The position numbers and the translations under genes were made by a program. A DNA stretch of 64,000 nucleotides, taken from Carcharhinus amblyrhynchos. Lineage: Eukaryota. Below are positions 50,080 through 62,169 of this stretch, piece by piece (the stretch's first letter is position 1; every line of letters begins with the position of its first letter). Below the pieces are notes generated by a model. It was not told the DNA's origin. It saw only the letters and a list, made by a program, of their open reading frames with translations, and did not search any database. The DNA lies in the NCBI GenBank assembly GCA_965287045.1, contig OZ336885.1:60636001-60700000 (forward strand), read 5' to 3'.

Positions 50080-51650
50080 CAATGATAGCATCATCCACAG
50101 TCTATGCGCAAAATGTTGGGGTTAATGTCAGGAGTTGCAGGGCCCATGCAGCGCACAGCAGGATTATTGTTGAAGCGGATATGGATCGATGAGAAGCATG
50201 TCAAGACTGAAAATAGCCCTAGTAGAAACACAACAGTGGAGGTTATGAGCAGAGTGAAGCAGAGAAGGATCACGGTGAAGCAAAGCTGGATTTTTGATAT
50301 TCAATTCTGGAGCACTGAAAAGCAGAAGCACAAAGAAAATCAGACTATAACATTCACAGAAAAGACCTGTGCTGATTGGCTGATGGGCATTGCGGATCGA
50401 TCTCTCTATCTACAACATTTTGGGATAATTTAAGGTGTGGGGGAATCAGTAAAAATATTTTTTAAGACAATACGATTTAAAGTCATTACTCTTAAGCAAC
50501 ATCAATAGAACTGGGGTAGTGTGCGAGTGTTTTTTTTGCAGCGTGTTTGGTGTTGTTAGCGAAAGAACAGTGGTAAGATTTGGGCGCTTGGCAGTGATCC
50601 ATGCAGCGAACCAGGTGACAAATTTATGTCGTGTTAAAAGAATGTGAATCAAAGAAGCAAAGTGCTAGGCATTAAATGTTTCTCTTATGTAGGTTTTCAG
50701 GAAAGATGGCAAGTAACAAAAGTGGGAGCCGACAGTATTGATTAAAGGGAACGTAGTAGTGATGCTGAGAGAAGAGAGGAAGTGCCCTGCGCATTTAAAT
50801 GAGCGGATGTTGGTTAAGGGTAAGGACGAAGAATGTGGAGAGGATGGGCAAAATGTGCTCATTCTAGTTCCAGTGCCAGCAAATAGTGAAGAAAATGTGG
50901 AGGAACAAGTTACCAAGGAAAGTATTAAGAATTGCAAGGCATATAGAATAGTTTCAATTCTAACAGTATGTTTTTAGCCATGTGGGAAAGAAATCATGTC
51001 TGGGTGTCGTTCTTGAGAATGGAATAGGACCGCGTGGTTTAATAGTCGGGAGGGACACATACAGCAGGATATCAATCCATATTTCATGAGTTGTAGCTTC
51101 ACAATTCAAATGTTCAGAACAAATATCCTGATGAAGCATAACTTATTGGAGATTGTGAATAGAATGGATCTGCTCAGATGAATTGACAACAGAGATTGAG
51201 AAGACGAGCTAACAGTTAAAAAGATGATTGTATTTAAGGAGAGATACTTCGATCACTTTCAAGGTATATCCCCACGAATTGCCAAGACGGAATATATACA
51301 TTCAGAGTGCATTAAATGTCGAATGAAGCAATGACGACTCCGAAAACGTGTTTATGTAATCGATGAGGAGAAAAGAGACTTGACAACACAGCCACATATA
51401 GAAGTTTCGGAGCACATTAGGAGATTGCAGGAGGAATCGATTTTATTTTCTCTTTTTTTGGGGCTTAGTGCCAGGAGACTAAAAGTTTTGCAAACATGAT
51501 GACATCCTTCCAACAGTACGTCGAAATATGCTGCTATCAGACTAGCAAAGTTTACCAGAATGGTGGCGAAGCTTTTGAAGAAGATATATACGGATCAAGA
51601 TAATAGTCAGTTTGACAAAGGGGGAAGGGAAAGTCACATCAGGAAGCTGA
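50080..51650 (+). mobile_element. Old CR1 fragment (ORF1 end and endonuclease region)
   Basis: Purine-rich degenerate CR1-like sequence, e.g. gtttttcagga-like VFRKDG and EQMAKFTEW-like segments; boundaries approximate. Confidence 0.5.
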
Positions 51651-52195
51651 GGAAATTCAGCATGTTTGCTCTAAGTTTCATCATATTTTTTATCAAATGC
51701 AACATTGAAAGCATGTTTTCAGGATGTATCGCAACTTAGTATGGCTGCTGCTCTCACCAAGACCGCAATAAACCACAAAGGGTTATGAACGCATCCCACT
51801 CCATCACGCAAAACTGCACGCCATCCATTGACTCCGTATACACCTCCCGCTGCCTTGGAAAAGCTTCCAGCATAATTATTGAACCCGCATCCCAGATGCA
51901 ATCTCTTCTACACTTTTTGTGTCAGGAAAGTAGTTACAAAAGTCTGAGATCACGTAGCAACCGGCTCAAGAATAATTTCTTCCCTGATGCTTTTGAATTG
52001 ACCTACATCAAATTCAGTTATTTTTTCTCTACGGACTAGCTATGAATGTAACAATACGCTCTGCATCCTCTCCTCCCCTTCTCTCCTATGTACGGTATGA
52101 ACCATATGCTTTGTAAGTTTAACGCACACGGAACAGTACCCTTCACTGCATACCGATAGTTGTGACAATAATAAATCAAATTAAAGCAAATCAAG
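51650..52195 (+). mobile_element. Rex1/Babar LINE 3' end
   Basis: PSIDSVYTSRCLGKASSII...NRLKNNFFP; caaat tail. Confidence 0.85.
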
Positions 52196-52744
52196 TGAAG
52201 GCAAATCAAACAAATTCAATAAAATTGCGAGAGTTTTTTTATGAAGTGTAAGAAAATGTCAAAACATAAAATACTGTTGCAGTGCTCTGAGTGCTCTTTC
52301 AAAGGCATTTCCTAAAGCAACTCACCAACATCTGATAGCAATGGAATGAAAGGGAACATCCAATCGTGGATATGAAGTTGGCGGAGTAATAGAATGCACA
52401 GCACTGTGATGAATGGATAGGACTGGAGGAATATTTATAATGGAACTCCTGGAGCTTTATCTTAGTGAAAACAATATATTAGCAATGTATTATAATGTCT
52501 CCAATGTGCGGACAGTCAGAAGGGAAGGTTTGGACAGGCTCGGCTTGAATCTTCTTCAGCTTGGAATAATAAGAGTAGACTTGATTGACAGATGCAAGGT
52601 TCTGAGGGGTTTTAATGGAATCGGTTTAGAATGGATGGTTCGTTCGCCCTGTGGGAGAATCTGGAACTAGGGTCTACTGTTTACAGTTGAGTACCTGCCA
52701 TTTAAGACCAAGGTAAGCATATGTTTACAGGTGGTCATAAGTCA

Positions 52745-53056
52745 TATAATCATGGAATCCCTACCTTGCAGAAGGCTGCCTTTGACTTATCGAGTCTTCA
52801 CCAACAGCTATTCCACCTAGGCCCTATACCCATCACCGCACGTATCTATCCCTCTAATCCCTCTAAACTATCCAATCCCAGACAGTAAAGGGCAACTTAT
52901 CATGGCCATTCAACCTAACCCGCGCCTCTTTGGAGTGTGTAAGGAAACTGGAGCACCCGAAGGAAACACACACAGACAGAAACCCAAACGGGGATTCAAA
53001 CCCAGGTCACTGGAGCTGTGAGGCAGCTGTGCTAAACATTGCGCCGCAGTGCCGCT
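52745..53056 (-). mobile_element. HE1-type SINE
   Basis: Reverse complement head ctgtgaggcagctgtgctaa...gtgccgc. Confidence 0.85.
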
Positions 53057-53159
53057 CAAATTCCTTGTATCTCTCCATTATTCAAAAGTGGTGGGAGCAA
53101 ATGTTTTGAATATCTCTAATGTAGCAGCACAATTGATAGGCAACATGATGAGATGTTTA

Positions 53160-53357
53160 TCATAGCAATCGTAGAAACTCTACGGTGCAGAAAGAGACCA
53201 TTTGGCCTATCTAGTCTGCACCGACCACCATCGCACCTAGGCCCCACCCCCATAGCCCGACATATTTACCCATTAATCCCTCTAACTTACGCATCTCAGG
53301 ACTCGAAGGGGCAATTTTTAGCATGGGCAATCAACCTAACCTGCACATCTTTGGACT
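53160..53357 (-). mobile_element. HE1-type SINE 3' half, split by CR1 insertion
   Basis: ...caacctaacctgcacatctttggact continues as gactgtgggaggaaaccgg at 54552. Confidence 0.85.
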
Positions 53358-54551
53358 TTCAGAAGGCGTTTGACAAGGTACCTCACAAGAGGTTATTGCA
53401 GAAGGTCAGGGGACATGGAGTTGGGGGTAGGGTGTTAGCGTGGATAGAGGATTGGTTGTCAAATAGGAGGCAGAGAGTGGGGGTCAATGGGTGCTATTCG
53501 GATTGGCGGTTGGTGACTAGTGGGGTGCCCCAGGGGTCGGTGCTGGGGCCTCAGCTATTTACCATTTATATAGATGATCTGGAGGAGGGAACCGAGTGCA
53601 GGGTGTCGAAATTTGCTGATGACACCAAGATTGGGGGAAAGGCAAATTGTGCGGAGGGTGTGGAGAGTCTGCAGAAGGATCTAGATAGGCTGGGCGAATG
53701 GGCCAGGAAATGGCAAATGGAATTTAATGTTGGCAAGTGTGAGGTGGTCCACTTTGGTAGGAAGAATGGTAGGAAGGACTATTACTTACGTGGCGAAAAA
53801 CTGCAGCAGGCGACGGTGCAGAGGGACCTCGGGGTCCTTGTGCATGAGTCGCAAAAACCCAGCTTGCAGGTGCAGCAGGTGGTCAGGAAGGCGAATGGGA
53901 TGCTGGCCTTCATAGCGAGGGGGATTGAATATAAAAGTAGGGAGGTCTTGCTGCAGCTGTATAGGGCATTGGTGAGGCCGCAGCTGGAGTACTGTGTGCA
54001 GTTTTGGGCGCCGCACCTGCGCAAGGATATTTTGGCCCTGGAGGGAGTGCAGAGGAGGTTTACTAGGCTGATACCGGAGTTGAGGGGGTTGAGCTATGAG
54101 GAGAGGCTGAATAAACTAGGCTTGTACTCGTTAGAGTTTAGAAGAATGAGGGGAGATCTCATTGAGGCGTATAAGATGATGAATGGGATGGATAGGATAG
54201 AGGTGGAGAGACTCTTCCCGCTCAAAAAAGACAGTAGGACTAGGGGGCACAGCCTCAAGATAAAGGGGAGGCGGTTTAGAACGGAGTTGAGGAGGAACTT
54301 CTTCACTCAAAGGGTGGTGAATCTCTGGAATTCTCTGCCCGTTGAAGTGGTGGAGGCTGCCTCGCTATATAATTTTAAGAAGCGGGTTGATGGGTTCTTG
54401 ATAAGAGAGGGGATTAAGGGTTATGGGGAGAGGGCGGGAAAGTGGAACTGAGCCACAACAGATCAGCCATGATCTTATTGAATGGCGGGGCAGGCTCGAA
54501 GGGCTAGATGGCCTACTCCTGCTCCTATTTCTTATGTTCTTATGTTCTTAT
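53351..54551 (+). mobile_element. Young 5'-truncated CR1 LINE with uninterrupted partial RT ORF
   Basis: LDFQKAFDKVPH, SGVPQGSVLGP, SKFADDTK motifs, stop at 54451, 3' UTR and (ttcttatg)n tail. Confidence 0.97.
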
Positions 54552-54693
54552 GACTGTGGGAGGAAACCGGAGCGAACCCATGCAGGTAGGCGGAGAATGT
54601 GCAAATTCCATACAGACAGTCACCCAAGCGGGGAAACGAACCCAGGTCCCCGGAGCTGTGAAGCAGCAGGGCTAAGCACTGTGCTACCATGCC
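54552..54693 (-). mobile_element. HE1-type SINE 5' half
   Basis: gtgggaggaaaccggagc...gctaagcactgtgctaccatgcc. Confidence 0.85.
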
Positions 54694-54749
54694 ATCAATG
54701 CAACAGAAGTTGCGATCTGACCAGTAATGACATTATTGCAAGAGAAACA

Positions 54750-55065
54750 GGAGTGGTACTTTGGCAGAGAGGTTAGCACTGTTGCCTCACAGTGCAGCGG
54801 ACCCGGATTTGATTCCCGTTTTGGGTAACTGTCTGCCTGGAGTTTGCACATTCTCCCCGTATCTTCGTAAGTTTCCTCCGGGTGCTCTGTTTCCTCTCAT
54901 AGTCCAAAGATTTGTGGGTTAGTGGACTGGCCATGCTAAATTGTCCCTTTACTTAAAGGGACTATCTAGGGTAAACACATGGGATTATGTGGATATGGTG
55001 GGATTGTGGTCAGTGCAGACTCGATGGACCAAATGGCCTTCTTCTGCACTGTAGGATTCTATAAT
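54750..55065 (+). mobile_element. HE1-type SINE
   Basis: ggttagcactgttgcctcacag head, tail ctgcactgtaggattctat. Confidence 0.9.
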
Positions 55066-55129
55066 TCAATGAAGGGCGGGGAGGGGGGGAGGCGGTAGTG
55101 AGTGCAAAAAACTTACTCCTACTCTTTAT

Positions 55130-55760
55130 TTCTGTGTACTTTAGTACGTATATTATGGATGTTAATCTTGGTGCAGCATTTGGGAGCATGATTGGTGTTG
55201 GGGCAGGAGTGGGTGGTGTATATGCACATAAGTTACTAGAAGTGGAAGGATAATGCAGTCATGAAGGCTTTGTTGCAAAGTGGCTTATTGAATTGAGACA
55301 ATGGAGTACAGAGCAAAATATTTATGTTCAACCTGACAAAACACACATTTGTCTGTGATTTTTTCCCAAAATTTTGTGCACCAGACAGTATGAAAGATTT
55401 GGAGGCCGTGAAAAATTATGGAGAGAAGTGTTCATGAGGCATGAGGATCTTGACTGAATGGGTGAGCCGAAATTGAATTCATAATTACAAATTATGAAGA
55501 ACCTGTATAAGAGTTATAGGGAAGTCAGTCGTTAGCAGAACAATCGACAAGTGGAGAGCACAGATTTAAGCTATTTGTCAAAATAAGTTATTGCGATGTG
55601 AATAAAAAATAGTTAAGCAGAACATCATTAGCACCTGGAATGCCCTAACTGAGGCTATCGTGGAGGCAAACTTAATCAACATACTCAAAAAAAAAATGGA
55701 TACCTGCCTAAGAATGCAAGAGCTTAGTTGAATTGTTCCTTCATAGGAGCGAAATAAGCA
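55130..55760 (+). mobile_element. Old CR1 3' fragment
   Basis: Degenerate similarity (ctggaatgccctaactgagg) to CR1 3' ORF2. Confidence 0.55.
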
Positions 55761-56007
55761 TTCGGGACTCATCGCCTGGTTTTCTTTTGTAGGAAGATAG
55801 TTTTGAGCCAAACTCAGACATAAAGTGTGTTGCGAAATACTGGAGTTGTGAAGTTCAAATAACATCCAAATATTCAGCACTCTACAGGACAATGCCGCAA
55901 CCTGGCTTTGCCCCTTTTACAGAAACTCGATTGTGGTTCCTTCCAAATGCGGCTCACCAGTTCTGGAGCCGAATTCAATTCAACTGATGCTTGGCAGCGA
56001 CTATAAC

Positions 56008-56043
56008 AGGCTTACTCGAGAACTAATCTCAAATTTCCGACCT
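56008..56043 (-). pseudogene. 36-nt micro-exon with an in-frame stop, (E)VGNLRLVLE*A
   Basis: gtcatag|AGGTCGGAAATTTGAGATTAGTTCTCGAGTAAGCCT|gttata; resembles EVVRLKELLEES. Confidence 0.45.
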
Positions 56044-56115
56044 CTATGACCGAGCTGTGATAATAGCCGATTTGTTTGGTACACAAGCACCTCAACTTTT
56101 CGTCCCAAGCCTTAC

Positions 56116-56310
56116 ACTATCCTCACTTGAAAGTATCTCCGTTGTATATTCGTCAGAGTTGCGTTTAACTCCTGAAACTGCCAGTAAATCATTGCTGATT
56201 ATGTGCCTTCGATGCACAGATTCCACTGTTGAATCACACGATGCATCAAAAATATCACAACGGCAATCGGCCATGACATTGGTCACAGACAATTTCAGCG
56301 ACCCCCTAAG
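56116..56310 (-). CDS. Open 195-nt linker-type exon (LRGSLK...DSTVESVHRR...ISNDLLAVSGV...TTEILSSEDS)
   Basis: gtttcaccag acceptor, gtaagg donor, 65 open codons; motifs shared with exons at 16471, 12371, 31124 and 2987. Confidence 0.55.
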
Positions 56311-56670
56311 CTGGTGAAACACTGATAATATTATGCTAAACATCCAAGTTCTTAGTGTGGTCTGCAGATGACCGGATAAATATTGACCTTGGTAGAATTT
56401 TCCTTCATTTGTTTTAACTATATCCTTTGCATATTTTTTCGTATATGGGCGGAAGTCGACATGCATAGGGTTCCTGAGTCATTTGATTTTTGTTTGTTTC
56501 CTGTCTAGTGTCAGGATCATAAGAGTATCCCGATTATTGGCTGGCATTCACACACTTTTGACGCAAACTAATTGGAGCTCTAGAGTGTTATCTGTTGCAG
56601 ACGTTACTCGCTATTAAAATTTTGAGCTCATTGACAACATTGGAAGTAGTTACTTGTTGAACATAATTAC

Positions 56671-56706
56671 CTGATTCTTCCAACAATTCCTTCAGCCTTA
56701 CCACCT
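56671..56706 (-). CDS. 36-nt micro-exon, (E)VVRLKELLEES
   Basis: ctatttattttcag|AGGTGGTAAGGCTGAAGGAATTGTTGGAAGAATCAG|gtaatt. Confidence 0.75.
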
Positions 56707-57379
56707 CTGAAAATAAATAGTATGTTAATTCACGACTTGTTTTCATTTCAGATTCTTTGCTGTGCACTTGGGAGCTCAGATTATTTTTATCCGATCAATT
56801 TAAATCACGATATAGTCATTCTGACATTTCTACCGAGAAGGCTAAATAGTCGTGTTCAATTTCTGTCCAGCTGTGCTGGTTATTGGATTATCTGGGCAGG
56901 TTACGTTAAAGTTTAAGACTGAACTTCATTGGGTAGATTTACCACATTGCAGGCGGCACACTTACGAAGTACAATGAGTAGATATTAGAAGTTGGTTTGT
57001 ACCCCCTAAACACAAGAATAATGATCGTACATTCGATTAGCCGATTTGAAGGTACCCAGGGGAACAGCTGGGGAGATGAATCTCCCATGTGTTTAATATG
57101 CAAATGCTATTGAACATAATTAGAGCCACAATGTTCAGATACTTTTAAGTTATTCATGGATTGTGAAAATCCTTTGATAAGCAAACAAATTTGGGGCATC
57201 CGTAATTGCTATTTGTACTCAATAGATAGTGATGAGCCGCCTGCCAATACTACTGAACTCCACGCAACTCAGGAACACAACTAATTTTGCCAGACAGGGG
57301 GCCCTAGAATTTTGACCCAGTGAGTAGTAGGCACTTCCGGTCAGAACAGTGCGTGAGTTGGAGAGGAATTGGCAGGTGA

Positions 57380-58800
57380 GTTGATTTGATTAGATTTGAT
57401 TTATTATTGTCACAGGTATTAGTAATACAGTGAAAATTATTGTTTCTTGCGTGCTATACAGGAAAAACGTAGCATTCATGGAGAAGGAAATGAGAAAATG
57501 CAGTTTGCTGTCTACAGTAATTGTTAGGGTGTAGGTAAAGGTCAACTTAATGTACGTCCATCCAAAAGTCTGATGGCAGCAGAAAATAAACTGTTCTTGA
57601 GTCCCTTGTTACGTGACCTCAGACATGTCTATGTTTCTCGCAATGGAAGGACGTGGAAGAAAGTATGCCCAAAGTGTGTGGGGTCCTTAATTATGCTGGC
57701 TGCTTTTCTGAGGTTGCAGCAAGTGTAGACATTGTCAGTGGATGGAAGGCTGCGTTGCATAACGGATTGGGTTGTATTCACGACCTTTTGTAGCTTCTTG
57801 CAGTCTTGGGTAGAGGAGAAGCCATACCAAGCTGTGATAGAACCAGAAAGAAAGCTTTCCATGGTGCATTTGTAAAAGTTGGTAAGTGGCGTAGCTGATG
57901 TGCCAAATTTCCTTAGCCTTTTGAGAAGGTAGAGGTGTTGGTGGGCGTTCTTAATTACAGTGTCGCCACTGGGGGGAACAGGACACTTAAAAACATGAAG
58001 CTCTCTATCATTTCAAATAATGGGGAGGCATGGTAGCACAGTGGTTAGCACTCTGCCTCACAGCACTAGGGACACAGATTCAATTCTTGCCTCGGTTCAC
58101 TGCCAGTTTGGAGTTTGTACATTTTCCTATGCCTGCGTGGGTGTCCTCCGGGTGCTCTGGTTTACTCCCAGAGTCCAAAGATATGTTGGTTAGGTTCGTT
58201 GCTCATGATGAATTGACTCTAGTATCAGGGATATGAGTGGGGTAAATATATGGGTTATGGGAATAATGCTTGAGTTGGATTGTGGCCGGTGCAATTTCGA
58301 TGGGGCGAATGATCATCTTCTGCACTTTAAGGGTTCTATAGATTTTATGGATTCCTACTTCATCCCCATTGATGCAGACTGGGGCATGTTCTCCACTACG
58401 CATCCTGAAGTTGATGACAATCTCTTTCCTTTTGTTGACATTGAGGCAGATATCTTTTTCATCGCAACAGTTCACTGGATTATCTATCTCATCCCTGTAC
58501 TCTGTTTGTCATTCTTTGAGATCCGACCCACTGTGGTGATGTCATCAGCAAACTTGAAAATCGAGTTGGACGGGAATTTGGCCACAGAGTCACACAAGTA
58601 TAGCAGGGACTGAGCACACCGCCTTGTGGGGCACAGGAGTTGAGGATGATCATGGAGGAGGTGTTGTTGCCTATCCTTACTGATTGTGGCCTGTGGATTA
58701 GGAAGTTCAGGATCCAGTCACGGTGGGAGATGCTGAGGCCATGGAGCTTGGAGATGAGTTTCGTAGTAATGATGTCATTGAAGGCAGAGCTGTAGTCACC
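57380..58800 (-). mobile_element. Rex1/Babar LINE, 5'-truncated, interrupted by a SINE
   Basis: DYSSAFN, APQGGVLSP, ESFLSGSITAWYG...KKLQKVV motifs; (atttg)n tail. Confidence 0.9.
58022..58350 (+). mobile_element. HE1-type SINE nested in Rex1 LINE
   Basis: ggcatggtagcacagtggttagcactctgcctcacagc head. Confidence 0.9.
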
Positions 58801-59880
58801 AGCTGTAGGTGCTGGTGCAGTAGGAGGCTCTTGCTCTTGCGTACCCACGTGAAATATTTCATGGATTTCAGAATCGCTGGCAAAGGAGGCTTAGCAAGTT
58901 AAAACAGTCAATCTAACATATGATCATGCAATAGACTTTGTGCATCCATACCGGTTTAAGTAAATTATAAGCCGGTGGATTGGGTGCAACTCATGCCGGC
59001 TGCATTGGCCTGAATGTCATCATGGTACATGGATAGGACACGACGGCGATAGGGCCTGGGTAGGATTGTTTTAATGCAAAGTAGATGGGTCGAATAGTCT
59101 TCTTCTACACTGTAGGGACGCTTTGGTTTTATGATTCTTTCTTTCGAGACTCCAAGCACACATTATACAGAGTTACACATTTCTTATCAGTAGTTCCCAG
59201 GCTTTGGCTGTTGCTTGGCGCATAAATACTTTTGACCAACAGTGTAGTTTTCTTGAAATGTTGCTAACAACTGTGTGAATGCAAATGTGTGACTTCGAGC
59301 AAAACATAATGAGTCTTCAGGGCAAGTTTGTTTACTTTAAAATCCGTGGACGTGAAATAGAAATGAAAATAAATGGGAGTGAAAATGGGGCACAGATGCA
59401 ATTTGTGATAATCAAAAAGAAAGTACGTGCAAAAAGATGTATCCTTATGCGAAGTGAATATAACTTACAAAAGGATTGCATATATTTGGGATTGTGACAG
59501 TAACCCCGAATGATTATGTTGGTATGGTATAAGTATTATTTTATTCTTTCCATGCATGTCTCTGCTCCTCCACATTTCTCTCCGTGTCTAAGACAGCCAT
59601 TAGTACCAGTCTATTGTCAAGGCTTCAAATTATCTCCGAGTCTTTTCCCTGTCAATGTAGTGTTTCTGGGCGATTCTTTGAAGTGCGTTGGATGCCATAC
59701 TACGCAACTGTGTTAAAGGTTTGTTTGTTGTTTCAGAAGGAAAGTTTAACTGTATTTTAACAGCATTATTTAGAATTCAATGTTGTCTTTGCTTAGTTAT
59801 GCCCAAGCAGATTTTACATTTATTTACACTGCAGAAAGTTGGTGAAGACGTAAATTGATCACGATGTATTTTGTCTTTAC

Positions 59881-59907
59881 CATTTTCCGTTTCCTCCAGC
59901 TCGGATG
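59881..59907 (-). CDS. 27-nt micro-exon, (A)SELEETEN
   Basis: tgtttcgtccacag|CATCCGAGCTGGAGGAAACGGAAAATG|gtaaag. Confidence 0.7.
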
Positions 59908-60576
59908 CTGTGGACGAAACACACGTTTAGGTGATTTTCAGTAACATTGAGAAAAGCAAAAGAAAAATACTGAGGCATTGCACAATGTTTTTTTGAAATT
60001 TGACCAGAAGAGCAGTTGAGATGCATGGAAAGCTCCTGTGAATTACATGAAAAATTAAAATGAAAAATGAATTTAAAGGAAATGGAAGAAACACACACCT
60101 AACATTTACATCCGAGGCTGTGTCTGCTGTTCAATTAGTAAGTCAGTTGTGACTCCGTTGAACAGACACGTCTAGGTTATCTCGGCAGTTTGCCACTTCT
60201 GGAGGCAATGCTGCCCTTTCGAAGTGCGTTGTTTCTTATGAATTTTTTTAATGAAGACTTGCATCTGTCCCTCGGATAGACGTTAAAATTATCGCATGAC
60301 GCCTGATAGAAGGGCATCATTTACGTTATTCATGATGCGATTTATATATTTAGACATCGATTAAAATCTATATAAAAAATCCTACTCTAGCTATCATGTT
60401 ACAATTGATACTTGACTGAAACTGGTCTTTGTAATTGATTACATTATAATGCCATTTCTCTAGGTTGCGCATTTCTTGAGGATTTGAAGAAAACCTGAGC
60501 TCTTTAGTTTTATATTAATTCGTATCCATCTTATAAATATAAATAATCTGATTGAAAAAATGTACAGAAAACTTAC

Positions 60577-60821
60577 AGCGCATTTTTGTTTGAAAGCCGA
60601 CATTTACGGAGGGCCGCTCAGGATCTCATGACGTCTCGAGCTCGCCACGGTAGCATATTTTGCGCAGCCGCTGCTGTGGTCGGAGAGCAAATGCTCCCAT
60701 CACAATTGCTCAAACACCAGCCATTCAATACCAAGTTTATTACCAAATATTATCAGGTGAGGAATCAATATTGGTGCATGGTACAGATGAATTTTCTCCT
60801 GGTTAAATTCCGAGAATGATG
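60577..60821 (-). pseudogene. Degenerate linker-type exon (245 nt)
   Basis: ctctcattag acceptor and gtaagt donor; stops in all frames; fragments GENSSV, DSSPDNI and EILS shared with other linker exons. Confidence 0.45.
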
Positions 60822-61402
60822 CTAATGAGAGGCAGTGACAGGCACTGCGTAAAACATGTGGTGGATAAAGTGCCGCAATTGTCAGACTACGACAACCGTC
60901 ATTTCTTGTAAGTTGAACAGACTTCGAATCAGAAAGTTTCAGCACTGTCCCTTACGGTTAGCGCTTGTTGTTTGGATCATCTAATTCTGCGTAGTTTAGC
61001 TTTCCGCTGATACATTGTAAAAAGTTCGACATTTCTGACAGAATTATTATTTTTTCCTCTGCCAAAGCCCCATTAAACTAGGACACAAGCTAACCGCTTT
61101 ATGAATAAAAAACAACCTCCCACAAATCTCAGCGCTTTATAACTTTATTGAGGGATATCTGCTGCCGGTGATACTCGGCAGTCACATGATCTTTGCATTT
61201 CAAAAATAGTTTTGCGATCCTTTCCGATCAGTTGACAAGGTCGTCGTGGTTCAAGTTTAAAGTTTCATTGAGACATAGCGAGCAGAATCATTCATTTTGC
61301 TTCTCTAATTCACTGGACTGAAATGTTGAATTGCCATTTAATATTTGGATTTGTAATTTAACACAATTCTTACTGAGTGAATGTAAGTTGAATTTCTTTT
61401 AC

Positions 61403-61429
61403 CTTTTTCTTCCACGGTCAAGACATTAT
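61403..61429 (-). pseudogene. Dead 27-nt micro-exon, xNVLTVEEK, acceptor AA instead of AG
   Basis: cccactcaa|ATAATGTCTTGACCGTGGAAGAAAAAG|gtaaaa; clear paralog of 63560-63586. Confidence 0.6.
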
Positions 61430-61884
61430 TTGAGTGGGATTCGATTTCTCGCAGTGTCCCATTTACAGGAGGTAATGTTACCCATTGACATGGAGGATAT
61501 GTTGGATTGGCCTCTCCAGAACGAGCACGGGAATGACGTTTTATTTTGATTGATGTCATTAGGAAAACAATTCGTCCAAGTACAATGAGACTAATAGTGA
61601 CTGCATCACAATAAATACCAGAAACACTGGTATTTGTATTTGGTATTTATTTCTGGTTTTACTAGAAATACCAGAAATACCAAATTGCAGCTCGCTCTTC
61701 CCAAACCAAAACCTCCACTGAATTATTGAAACGAGCAGTACTGACGCATTCCAAGTGGCATTAACAAATGTCGGTCTCTACTAAGTTACCAAAAAGTTAA
61801 ACGAGATAGCATCATATTGACGAACATGCAGTATCAAGTAACGTCTTATTGACGAACAAAGTAAAGCATAGCAATCATATAATA

Positions 61885-62103
61885 AAAGCAAATTACAGCT
61901 AGAATCTGAAACCAAACGAGAAAATGATGGAAAATCTCAGCAGACCTGGCACCAACTGTAAGGAGAGAAAATAGCTGAAGTTTGAGTCAGATGACAGTTC
62001 GTCAAAGCTGAAGGGATATCTGGACTCGAAACGTCAGCTCTTTTCTCTCCTTACAGATGCTGTCAGGCCTGCTCAGACTTTCCCGCATTTTTTTTCTTTT
62101 GGT
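61885..62103. mobile_element. Palindromic Penelope-derived short element
   Basis: ctgtaaggagagaaaatagctga versus tcagctcttttctctccttacag: arms are reverse complements centred near 62007. Confidence 0.8.
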
Positions 62104-62142
62104 TAAAGCAAGGATACAATAAACTGATACTTTATTACTTAC

Positions 62143-62169
62143 AGCCTTGTTCAGCACATCTCTTGAGTT
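62143..62169 (-). CDS. 27-nt micro-exon, (E)LKRCAEQG
   Basis: attattttag|AACTCAAGAGATGTGCTGAACAAGGCT|gtaagt. Confidence 0.7.

Noticed and set aside
53153-54451. 432-aa ORF as a host gene or autonomous LINE
   Set aside because: 5'-truncated CR1 with no endonuclease; N-terminus is SINE antisense sequence.
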